Below, one piece after another: positions 1 through 8,231 of a stretch of DNA of 30,757 nucleotides. Source of the stretch: a virus (lineage: Duplodnaviria; Caudoviricetes). The DNA lies in IMG/VR virus record IMGVR_UViG_3300038316_000377, positions 1 through 30,757 of that record; one strand, written 5' to 3'. The notes under the pieces were generated by a model that saw only the letters and a program-made list of their open reading frames with translations, was not told where the DNA came from and ran no database searches. Numbering within the stretch: position 1 is the first letter of the stretch; the number at the start of each line of letters is the position of its first letter. The position numbers and the translations under genes were made by a program.

Positions 1-225
1 TTATGATCTTACCTGTGTTTCATTTTCAACAGGGGCATCTATCAGGTGCCCCTTGATCACCCAACCCTCTGGCTGATCGATCCTTACCCAGTCACCATCC
101 ATTTTTACGATGGTTACCTCTTGTCCTCTCCATAGCTGCCCTACTCGAGTGCTAGTTGAGGCAGGACTCATGAAAACCGCTGCCACCTGACTTTCGCAAA
201 GCATTTTTTTGTTTTTTTTACTCAT
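1..225 (-). CDS. Small SH3b-domain protein
   Basis: Start MSKKNKK at 225 after a GGAGGA RBS; motif VGQLWRGQEVTIVKMDGDWVRI...GWV is typical of bacterial SH3. Confidence 0.7.
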   Translation of the reverse strand: MSKKNKKMLCESQVAAVFMSPASTSTRVGQLWRGQEVTIVKMDGDWVRIDQPEGWVIKGHLIDAPVENETQVRS

Positions 226-236
226 TCTTTCCTCCA

Positions 237-1682
237 TTATTTTGGCCTTCCATATGCGGAAATGTGAAAAACGTGAGGGTATCGTGCTGTCAGTGCTGAA
301 ACCGTGCCATACCAGGGATCGTGGATCCAAAACACCCCATTAGTTTCACCCAAAAACGTTACCCAGTGCTGTAGATAACCAGCACCAGGGAGCATATCCA
401 CCCGCCCCATTGCAGGTAATCCCTTTGCCAACATCGAGCGCACGGTATCTTCCCAGCCATAACCACTCGGGAAAGCCTTGAATATCTCAAGCGGTACGCC
501 ATATTTAAGCTTTGGTATCTGCCAGTACATACGGTTAGTCGGATTCAAATAACCATAGCTGCCAATGGGTCCGGAATTTAGCAGCGTCCCGTATTCCAAC
601 GGCGTTACTTCTCTATCGAGGATCAGGGATAGACAACCCGACGTGTTGGATGCCAGGCATCCTTGCTCTCCGATTGTGATCCCGGAGTTACCCATTTTCA
701 ACCAGCTCCACCGCGGATCTCGTTGGGACCATAACGGAACTGGCAACAGGTTGCGTTCATCTTTTTCAACCACCCTTTGCAGGTAGCGGTCATTGAACCA
801 CTCCCCAACCCCGATCCGTGCCCAACCGTCCACTTCTTCATAGACGTTCACCTGGTCACCGGATGAAAGGGATCTCACGGTTTTAGTCGAGCCAGGAACC
901 GGTCTAACTTTCAAACGCACTCGAGCGATCTTTTTTACTTCAGCAAGATAGAGAGGCTTTAGCTCTGGTTCTGGGGTAACAATAATCGGCAAGTAAACTT
1001 CGTGTGATTCTTCCGTCATTCCAAAGTAATTGAGCATCTGGTCTTCTGTACCGTTCCAACGATTGGTATCGATATAGTGGGATGCCACTCCGTGGGCTGC
1101 ACCATTGCCGCGGTCTCCGGTTTGATGGATCAACCAGGTATCAACGCCAGAAGGCAACCAGGGTGGTCCAGGATGTTCAGGCGTATAAGCAGGTTCGGGA
1201 AGTGGGGTAAGGTAAGTTGCCAACCACCAGTCGATACCTTCTGGCAGATCAGGCACATGGAGAAACGAATTGACCCAGGATGCCCTCGAATAAATGATTG
1301 GATATCTTCCAGTCTCCACTCTCAAGCGTTCAAGGCTAGCGTTTACGGTCTGAGTGATGCGATATTTGCTGTAACCATGATCAAGCTCGAGATCAAGCAC
1401 GAGACGATCATGGTCTTTTGGATTGACGATCTGCAGAAAGTGGTCCATCTGCCGGATTGCATCCTCCCCTGGATAGGTGACGTGGTATGCCAATCTCGGT
1501 GCAGTCACACTTGCCCACGAATAGGAAAACCAGGGATCGGTGTATCCCCAGGAAATCGCAGCTCTGATCCCACAGAACGTGATCAGTGGATTCAAAACAT
1601 CAAAATTGATTTTTGCCCTGCCATCAGCTGAGTATTGATATCTGCTGATATCCACGCCAAAAGGTTTGTTCTGGTTACTCAT
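237..1682 (-). CDS. Endolysin: GH25 muramidase + SH3b + C39-like cysteine peptidase
   Basis: GVDIS and LDLE (DxE) GH25 motifs, YPIIYS, IHQT/DTNRW; central SH3 (GDQVNVYEEVDGWARIG); C-terminal SQRDPRW...GC...HW...HDP C39-like pattern. Confidence 0.85.
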   Translation of the reverse strand: MSNQNKPFGVDISRYQYSADGRAKINFDVLNPLITFCGIRAAISWGYTDPWFSYSWASVTAPRLAYHVTYPGEDAIRQMDHFLQIVNPKDHDRLVLDLELDHGYSKYRITQTVNASLERLRVETGRYPIIYSRASWVNSFLHVPDLPEGIDWWLATYLTPLPEPAYTPEHPGPPWLPSGVDTWLIHQTGDRGNGAAHGVASHYIDTNRWNGTEDQMLNYFGMTEESHEVYLPIIVTPEPELKPLYLAEVKKIARVRLKVRPVPGSTKTVRSLSSGDQVNVYEEVDGWARIGVGEWFNDRYLQRVVEKDERNLLPVPLWSQRDPRWSWLKMGNSGITIGEQGCLASNTSGCLSLILDREVTPLEYGTLLNSGPIGSYGYLNPTNRMYWQIPKLKYGVPLEIFKAFPSGYGWEDTVRSMLAKGLPAMGRVDMLPGAGYLQHWVTFLGETNGVFWIHDPWYGTVSALTARYPHVFHISAYGRPK

Positions 1683-1721
1683 GATTAATCTCCACTTTGG
1701 AATGTCTTGGTTTCAAAGTAA

Positions 1722-4700
1722 TTATCCCGTCTCATAAAATCCCTCGCACCGTATTCGTTTAGTTCCTGAAGCTGTGAATAGCCCCCCTCCCATATCCGTG
1801 CCAAATTGCAACCGATTCAAAGCAGTGTCGATATACCACTTAGTTGCCACAGACAGAACTACTCCGTTATTCACACACAGTCCGTTTACCCCACCATACC
1901 AAACGCCAGATTTAACAGCGAATGGCAAAGTTAGTGTTGCCGCCGTGCTATTAGACGTTCCTGCTGTTATATCAATGGCAAAGAAACACATTTTTCCCAT
2001 TCGATAATATCTGTAAGTGCCAGTCGGCAATGCAGTCCAACCCGTTTGTGTCGGTGTCCAATCCTGCCAAGAAGGTGTCTGTAAAAAAGCGGTGCTGTCC
2101 AGCCCATCAAGCTTGTCAGAATCAGCCGCTTTGCCAGTAGACTTCAGGTAAGCAACCCCATCGCCATCTTTGAGGTCACCAGTAATGGTCGCATCGCCAC
2201 CTACACTCAAGTCACCGCTAACGGTGAGGCTGCCTGACGGAGCAGGAGTATCTTTGATGATAAACAATACTTGCTTGTAAGGCGGTAGAGCCGAAGCACT
2301 GCCTGTGTATTGACTATCAGGCGTATGAGTATGCGCTCCTGCCGCTCCCAGGTTGAAGGTAAAGGTATGGGTATGTGTCCCGACTTGTGTTGTTCCGCTG
2401 CCGGACGCGGCTGCTCTTTGTGCTCCACCTGCATTGTCGTAAGTTATTGCTGCGGTTTCTGCGTGCGAATGAGCGGGAGCAGTAGAGACCGTTCCTGCGA
2501 TGTGATTGTGATTTGTGCCGTATGCCGTGCCAACTCGAGATCCAACGATTTCCGCACCATAAACACCTTTAGGAATGTAGCCATAAAAAGTATCTGCGGC
2601 TTTATATCCCAAGGGAACGCTTGAGGCATAAGTGCCAAGGACAACACCAGAAGGGAAGGCAGCCTCGTTGGCAGTGCTAATACGTTGCCAGTACCTGACG
2701 ACAATATAAGGTGGTAAGGTAGAGCCTTCGCTGGATGTGCCCACTGTGTGAGTATGAGCACCTGCATTAGTGGATTGTGCCCCAACTTTTCGGTGGGAAT
2801 GCTTGTTAGATGCTGTTGGGTTTCCAAACTCTGAGCTGCCTGTATAGTCCGTGGTCGAGGAGTCAACCTGGATTGTATGATAGTGATCACCTGCAGATGA
2901 CGAGTTTCCACTGGTCGTGTGGGTATGTGTTTTAGCACCACCAGTCCCAGAACCAGCCGCATAAATAAACTTGTCAGATAAATTAGGAGTGCCATTGCTG
3001 CCATCGCAAATTGCCCAGTCAGGTCCAAGATCCGCTCCAGCCGACTCCATTACGATTGTGCCAATTGGCGCTACCTTGTTGGCAGTTGCCCTAATCCAAC
3101 GCAAACCCCTGTAATAAGGAGGTAGATTGGATGCTGTACCAGTGTTCGGGTATGTATGGCCGTGGTCGCCTGCAATTGATTGATACGAGCCTGTACCAGT
3201 TGGGTGAGCGTGTTGTCCAACGATCCAGGCCTTATCCGGAAAGGCGTAAGCAGGAGCGCCATATTCGATGGATGAGCCAGAGATGTTCATTACATGGTTA
3301 CTGTGTCCTCCCCCATTAGCAGCGGTGGGGTTGGTGTGCGAGTGAGTTGTGCTTCCAAGCGCGGTACCAAGCACAGTCGAGGTATGGCCCATAACAAACT
3401 GATTATCCAGTTCTGTCACAAAAGCAAAACCAGTTGGTGCAAGTGCACCAGCCCAGAGAACCATTGCACCACCAGGAACTTCAAATGTTCCCGCTGGTTC
3501 TTCTTCGACAGGCAGCCAACTCTGGTCAATCTTACCCATTGAGTTTGCTTGTGGGATGCCAAGAGGTTCAGCAATTTGACTTACTTCACCACCTTTTATC
3601 TCTACAGTGTCAGCCAAGACTTCAACTTTTTCAGCGGTCAAACTGATCTTTGACTCTGTCCCTGACGAAAACAGTTCAATAATGGCTTGTTTGGCTGGCA
3701 TTAATAACTTGCTTGCAAGGAGTTTTACACGAGACCAAAGAGAGGACTCTGATATGATTGTCTGAGTCGCCGCTCTTTGGAGGTCGCTTGCTCGGAGACG
3801 GTGTCTGACTTCTTCTGTATCAGTTGCGCCTTCAAGCACTGCAGTTATTGTCTCGCTATCTTCACCGTACTCAATGATTGTTGTATAGCCATCCCCTGCG
3901 GCCGGATCGGTTAATACAGTTATCCCAGTCCCATCAATCGTAGTATTACCTGACTCAAGACTGGCCTTAATCAGCAAGTCGTTGTTAGCAAATTTGATGT
4001 ACGATTGGCTTAGGTCAGCCAACCCAACTCCAAGCCCCCATGTATCAGTTGACATGCCATAATAACCATTCAGGTTGCCAAGGATAAATTGGACATTTCC
4101 TGATCCACCAAGATCGCCGATAATTTTGTCGGACATCAGCCTGATGTTTGATGATGCAACATTTCCAATCTGGATATCCCCACCAGTACCAATCTCTAAT
4201 GTGCCAATCACATCTAACTCATTGAGGCTTCCAGAGTTAGCGTTGACTTCTCCAGAAAGTTTGAGTTTATTGGTATTATCTGCAAAGGTCATTGTTTCAT
4301 TGAGAGATTGGTTGCCGAGCGCCAGTCCGTAGCCCTCAAGACCGCTGGTTTGCCAGCCATCGAGCTTTCCAATTCTCGCAACTTCTGTGCTTTGGTTCCA
4401 GGTGCTGCCCTGCAAAAACACACTAAGCCTTTGCTCACTGTTTGCCGTCAGTTCCAACCAACCGTCACCTGAATGGCCACGTACAAAATAGACCGAGCCT
4501 GCCCCCCAGTCGTTTGCGCCACTGCCATCAAGATCTCTCGTGACGTTGTAAGTCGTGCCCGAAACAAGCGAACCTACTTGCATGTATTCCATCTTGTTTT
4601 CTGCACGCAAAAGCAGGAAATCGCCTGGTGTTATTGCCTGGCCGAAATCAATCTTCGTATCTGTTGAAAGGACCTCTGCTTCAAACTTGCCGGACTGTTT

Positions 4701-5405
4701 GGTAAGGACCAGTGAACCTTCCATCACCAGCACGTTTTCTTTTTTGAAAAGCAGCGTGGAGAGTTCACTGAAAAAGCCTTTGCGAAAAGGCTGCGTTGCT
4801 GAACCAATATCAGAAGAATCACCTATGGCAGGTATGATATCGGTAACTTCGACTGTCTCCAAGAATTTATTGAGTGCTGTCCACACGTGAGCGATGCTAT
4901 CGTGATCCGCACTGGTTTTGTGGGTTTCTAATGCTGAAAGCTCATTGAAATATCCTTTGCGGAAAGGATGTTCGGCTGAACCGATATCTGAAACATCGCC
5001 TGTGGAAGGCACGATATTCGCGACTTCAATTGTCTGTAAGAATTTATTGAGTGCTGTCCATATATGAGCGACACTGTCATGGTCTGCACTGCCTTTATGC
5101 GTTTCTAATGCCGAGAGTTCACTGAAGTAGCCTTTACGAAAAGGGCGTTCAGCTGTCCCAATATCTGATGCGTCGCCAGTTGTAGGTACGATGTTGGCAA
5201 CTTCAATTGTTTGTAAAAATTTATTAAGCGCCGCCCAGACGTGGGCAACGCTGTCGTGATCCGCGCTGGCTTTGTGCGTTTCCAATGCCAGGACCAGCGC
5301 TTCGATTTCTTTGGATACCGTGTCAGTGTTGACATCATCCGACATGCGCGTCAGGTAGGGTGCTGCCCTTTTCATCAAATCAGATATCTTGTCTCTATTA
5401 GCCAT
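1722..5405 (-). CDS. Modular tail fibre / receptor-binding protein
   Basis: Follows baseplate genes; three tail-collar + HxH needle modules ending in LPPY; ADSDKLDGLDSTAF linker; C-terminal beta domain. Confidence 0.85.
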   Translation of the reverse strand: MANRDKISDLMKRAAPYLTRMSDDVNTDTVSKEIEALVLALETHKASADHDSVAHVWAALNKFLQTIEVANIVPTTGDASDIGTAERPFRKGYFSELSALETHKGSADHDSVAHIWTALNKFLQTIEVANIVPSTGDVSDIGSAEHPFRKGYFNELSALETHKTSADHDSIAHVWTALNKFLETVEVTDIIPAIGDSSDIGSATQPFRKGFFSELSTLLFKKENVLVMEGSLVLTKQSGKFEAEVLSTDTKIDFGQAITPGDFLLLRAENKMEYMQVGSLVSGTTYNVTRDLDGSGANDWGAGSVYFVRGHSGDGWLELTANSEQRLSVFLQGSTWNQSTEVARIGKLDGWQTSGLEGYGLALGNQSLNETMTFADNTNKLKLSGEVNANSGSLNELDVIGTLEIGTGGDIQIGNVASSNIRLMSDKIIGDLGGSGNVQFILGNLNGYYGMSTDTWGLGVGLADLSQSYIKFANNDLLIKASLESGNTTIDGTGITVLTDPAAGDGYTTIIEYGEDSETITAVLEGATDTEEVRHRLRASDLQRAATQTIISESSLWSRVKLLASKLLMPAKQAIIELFSSGTESKISLTAEKVEVLADTVEIKGGEVSQIAEPLGIPQANSMGKIDQSWLPVEEEPAGTFEVPGGAMVLWAGALAPTGFAFVTELDNQFVMGHTSTVLGTALGSTTHSHTNPTAANGGGHSNHVMNISGSSIEYGAPAYAFPDKAWIVGQHAHPTGTGSYQSIAGDHGHTYPNTGTASNLPPYYRGLRWIRATANKVAPIGTIVMESAGADLGPDWAICDGSNGTPNLSDKFIYAAGSGTGGAKTHTHTTSGNSSSAGDHYHTIQVDSSTTDYTGSSEFGNPTASNKHSHRKVGAQSTNAGAHTHTVGTSSEGSTLPPYIVVRYWQRISTANEAAFPSGVVLGTYASSVPLGYKAADTFYGYIPKGVYGAEIVGSRVGTAYGTNHNHIAGTVSTAPAHSHAETAAITYDNAGGAQRAAASGSGTTQVGTHTHTFTFNLGAAGAHTHTPDSQYTGSASALPPYKQVLFIIKDTPAPSGSLTVSGDLSVGGDATITGDLKDGDGVAYLKSTGKAADSDKLDGLDSTAFLQTPSWQDWTPTQTGWTALPTGTYRYYRMGKMCFFAIDITAGTSNSTAATLTLPFAVKSGVWYGGVNGLCVNNGVVLSVATKWYIDTALNRLQFGTDMGGGLFTASGTKRIRCEGFYETG
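2250..3479 (-). repeat. Three tandem collar/HxH-needle modules in the tail fibre (about 135 aa each)
   Basis: Modules start VPGGAMVLWAG, APIGTIVMESA, FPSGVVLGTYA; each carries about 4 HxH motifs and ends LPPY. Confidence 0.8.
4758..5288 (-). repeat. Three tandem 177-bp (59-aa) repeats in the tail fibre N-terminus
   Basis: ALETHKxSADHDSxAHxWxALNKFL...PFRKGxFxELS repeats start at 5288, 5111 and 4934. Confidence 0.95.
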
Positions 5406-6936
5406 TCGTTATCCTCAGGTTGTAGGGATTTTGCCAGTTTGCCGGCTTGAGCTTCAAGCCGCCACCGCTCCATTCGACTTCATCGCAAAAGAAGCTTTTT
5501 TTGCCAGTTAGTGTGGTTGTCTCGATCGCCCCCCACAGAATCGGTTCAATGGAGATCCATTTTCCGGTTGGGTCAAAATGCTCCTCGACCTGCGAACCGG
5601 CAGGATAATAGAGTTTGCCATCAGAGCGCATTTCGACTGGTGGGTTTGTAGTTTCGTCTGGTTGTTCCCACACTTCAACAGTCCGATCCAAATTCACCCT
5701 CGCGAGCAAGCGTTTGTTGTTCGAGGTGCCGATCTCCAGAAAATCTTCAGCCTCTGTCAGGGCGGTTGTGTCTCCGTTTCGATAACTTTCCGCATAGAGA
5801 CTGCTGCGGTCGTTTATAAAAATCGTTTGCATAAACTGACCTGCATCAGTCAAAATGTTTTGTAGTTGTTGTGATGTTTCGGTCAAAACGTTGTTGTATA
5901 GGCGGAAGGGCATGTCTTTGGTCGTCTGGATCCAGGTGTCTGTCTCGCTATCAAATTCAACAAAAATCCCGCCGCCATAGCCATGATTAGGATCGAGGGT
6001 AATAATTTGGTAACTGCTCTCAGTTGAAAAGGACGAACTGAAGGCCAAGAAATAGGTTTTTCCAGGTGTAAGCACCAGTGTTTCTGAGAAGATAGCTCTC
6101 ACCCACTCCGCTGTTGTTGTGATATCGTAGGCATTTATGGTAGCGCTTCTGATGGAAGTTCCAGGGACCCCATCAACCGATTCAGACAATTCAACACTGA
6201 CATCACCAGGCCCACCAACTTTTCGAATGTGGATCTCCAGATCTGCCAGGTTGATATCGGAGGTTGCCAAAAAGCTTTGGCCCACTTTCACACCTTCCAA
6301 CAACTGGACGGAAGCGTTCCCGATCGTCTGAAAAGATAGTGCCAGTTCTGTTGGCACAAATGTATACCGCCATCCTAACGTCTGCCACCAGCCCCAACAT
6401 TCAACTTTGGCTTCTTTTGCGTTTCCGGAAGCTGTGAACACTCTTGGAAAGCCGCGCTCATTTCGCAATCGGGTTGCCATTGCGACCGCTTCAACTGCAT
6501 TCATTGAGCCGCCGCTCTCGAGCAATTCTTTGGTCCCAAACTTTGCGATGGAATCGTCATCCGAAATCCAGGGGGAAGTGCGTCTGATCCCGACCGTGTT
6601 ACCACCTGCTGAAATCAGGTTGTAAGCAACTGCAATTTTGTTGTGCATTTCTTCCAGGTCGGCGCTGACAATGATCTGGTCTCTTGGGATTTCTACTCGA
6701 TTGACGAAACCCCACCAAACCGCGTTTCCGGCATCATCGTAGATCTCCACACCATTTCGCAGGTAGTTGATCAGCTCGAGTAGCTGATCTGGTTTGCCTG
6801 AGATATTGAGCTCAGCTTTTTCGCAGCCGCCATAAACTGTTTTGCTATAATGATCGACTTCAACAACCAATCCAGCAGGAAGAACCTGTTCAACAACTTG
6901 ATTTCGCTGCAGAAAACGAACTTTCACAGCAGCCAC
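5398..6936 (-). CDS. Tail tip / baseplate hub protein with probable inserted carbohydrate-binding module
   Basis: Second gene after tape measure; VWWGFVNRVE hub-like motif; central beta-sandwich (VGQSF...LTPGKTYFL...DMPFRL). Confidence 0.6.
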   Translation of the reverse strand: MAAVKVRFLQRNQVVEQVLPAGLVVEVDHYSKTVYGGCEKAELNISGKPDQLLELINYLRNGVEIYDDAGNAVWWGFVNRVEIPRDQIIVSADLEEMHNKIAVAYNLISAGGNTVGIRRTSPWISDDDSIAKFGTKELLESGGSMNAVEAVAMATRLRNERGFPRVFTASGNAKEAKVECWGWWQTLGWRYTFVPTELALSFQTIGNASVQLLEGVKVGQSFLATSDINLADLEIHIRKVGGPGDVSVELSESVDGVPGTSIRSATINAYDITTTAEWVRAIFSETLVLTPGKTYFLAFSSSFSTESSYQIITLDPNHGYGGGIFVEFDSETDTWIQTTKDMPFRLYNNVLTETSQQLQNILTDAGQFMQTIFINDRSSLYAESYRNGDTTALTEAEDFLEIGTSNNKRLLARVNLDRTVEVWEQPDETTNPPVEMRSDGKLYYPAGSQVEEHFDPTGKWISIEPILWGAIETTTLTGKKSFFCDEVEWSGGGLKLKPANWQNPYNLRITNG

Positions 6937-8231
6937 CTTCGCGGACGATAACTCCCGCTCACTCCAACTAGAAAATCGGCAGGCGCTTGGTTCATGATAG
7001 TTCTGTGAGCTGCAAAATAGAACAGATGAAAAGCACCAGGCACCAGCATTAGCGAGCCTATTTTCTTTCTCAAGCCCGTTTTCTTGCCGTCTGCATCCTC
7101 ATTCCAGCCGCTGTCACCATCAATAATCACTTTGCCATTCGGCACCACCCAGGTATCCAAATTGACAAATCCATCCTGGGCAAATAACATCACATCATCA
7201 AATGCCCACGTCCAGGTGCCGGCTCTGGTTGGTGTTGCCCACAGCTCAAGCGTTAGCCCAGCCAGGTTATCTTTGCCTTCCAACCAGGGTGGCATGCGAA
7301 AATCAAACAGATCCAGCCAATGACGCGCATAAGTTTGTGATTCACGTAGCCAATCGGTTTCATAAAGGGGTGTCACCCACGATACAATCCGGAGCTTATA
7401 CTTAAATTCCGAATAGGCGCTGGTGTACCAGGGGCGCAGTAGCATTTTCAAACGTTGCCCCCCCATCATGGAAATTAGCGAGTCCGAAATCGCCCAGCGC
7501 AAAATCGGTTGAGCGGATCCGTAGGTTAACTGCCCTTGCGCGATCGCTCCGCCACTTGCGCCTACAGCACTCACGGGCGTTACACCTATCGCGCTTTCCG
7601 CTTCAAGCATCCAGCCGGTGTTCCAGTTAGGGCGGGTATTGTTCATCCCAATCCACAAATGGGCGAGATCTTCTGTATATAAATTTTCGATGATCAACTT
7701 TACTGGTGTTGGCAGATCACCCTGAATCAGGTTGGCAGTCACATAGGCAGAATTAATCCTTTTATTTGGGACCAGGCCAACACCATCGTTGGCATTAAAA
7801 ACCCTGGCTTGTGGGCTCCCATTAACATTCCCAATTGGCAAAACTGTTTCCGGACCCTCCCAGAATGGGTCTCTTTCAAACGAGATCTCAACATTTACCC
7901 GACCTCGGGTGTACTCCCTGCTGATTGCACTGTCAACTGTCACAGCACCATCATCGATTTGACTTCTCCAGGCTGTTTCTCCTTCAGCCACTTTATATTC
8001 CAGGTAAACCGGATCCAACGCGGGATCCTTTCTCCTGGCACGCTCAAACCAGCGGTTCAGAGTTTGGATGTTTGCTGAGATCGATCCGCGCAGCTGCACC
8101 TTAACTGATTCCGTTATTGTTTTTGCTCGTACGTCAACCGCTGGATAATAGCCAGCCTGCAAAAACAAGCCAACTCGCTCATTCAGATCAATCCGTTGAT
8201 TTCCAGAGACAAAGACTAAACTACATCCCAT
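6924..8231 (-). CDS. Distal tail protein (Dit), enlarged
   Basis: Directly after tape measure; DPFWEG and GDLPTPVKLII motifs typical of Dit; 435 aa suggests an inserted domain. Confidence 0.65.
   Translation of the reverse strand: MGCSLVFVSGNQRIDLNERVGLFLQAGYYPAVDVRAKTITESVKVQLRGSISANIQTLNRWFERARRKDPALDPVYLEYKVAEGETAWRSQIDDGAVTVDSAISREYTRGRVNVEISFERDPFWEGPETVLPIGNVNGSPQARVFNANDGVGLVPNKRINSAYVTANLIQGDLPTPVKLIIENLYTEDLAHLWIGMNNTRPNWNTGWMLEAESAIGVTPVSAVGASGGAIAQGQLTYGSAQPILRWAISDSLISMMGGQRLKMLLRPWYTSAYSEFKYKLRIVSWVTPLYETDWLRESQTYARHWLDLFDFRMPPWLEGKDNLAGLTLELWATPTRAGTWTWAFDDVMLFAQDGFVNLDTWVVPNGKVIIDGDSGWNEDADGKKTGLRKKIGSLMLVPGAFHLFYFAAHRTIMNQAPADFLVGVSGSYRPRRWLL

Noticed and set aside
1722-2200. 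Diversity-generating retroelement target at the tail fibre C-terminus
   Set aside because: No reverse transcriptase in the window and no second copy differing at adenines was seen; cannot exclude one outside the window
4758-5288. Tandem repeats as template/variable repeats or assembly artefact
   Set aside because: Differences are spread over all bases and are largely synonymous, consistent with an older in-frame duplication
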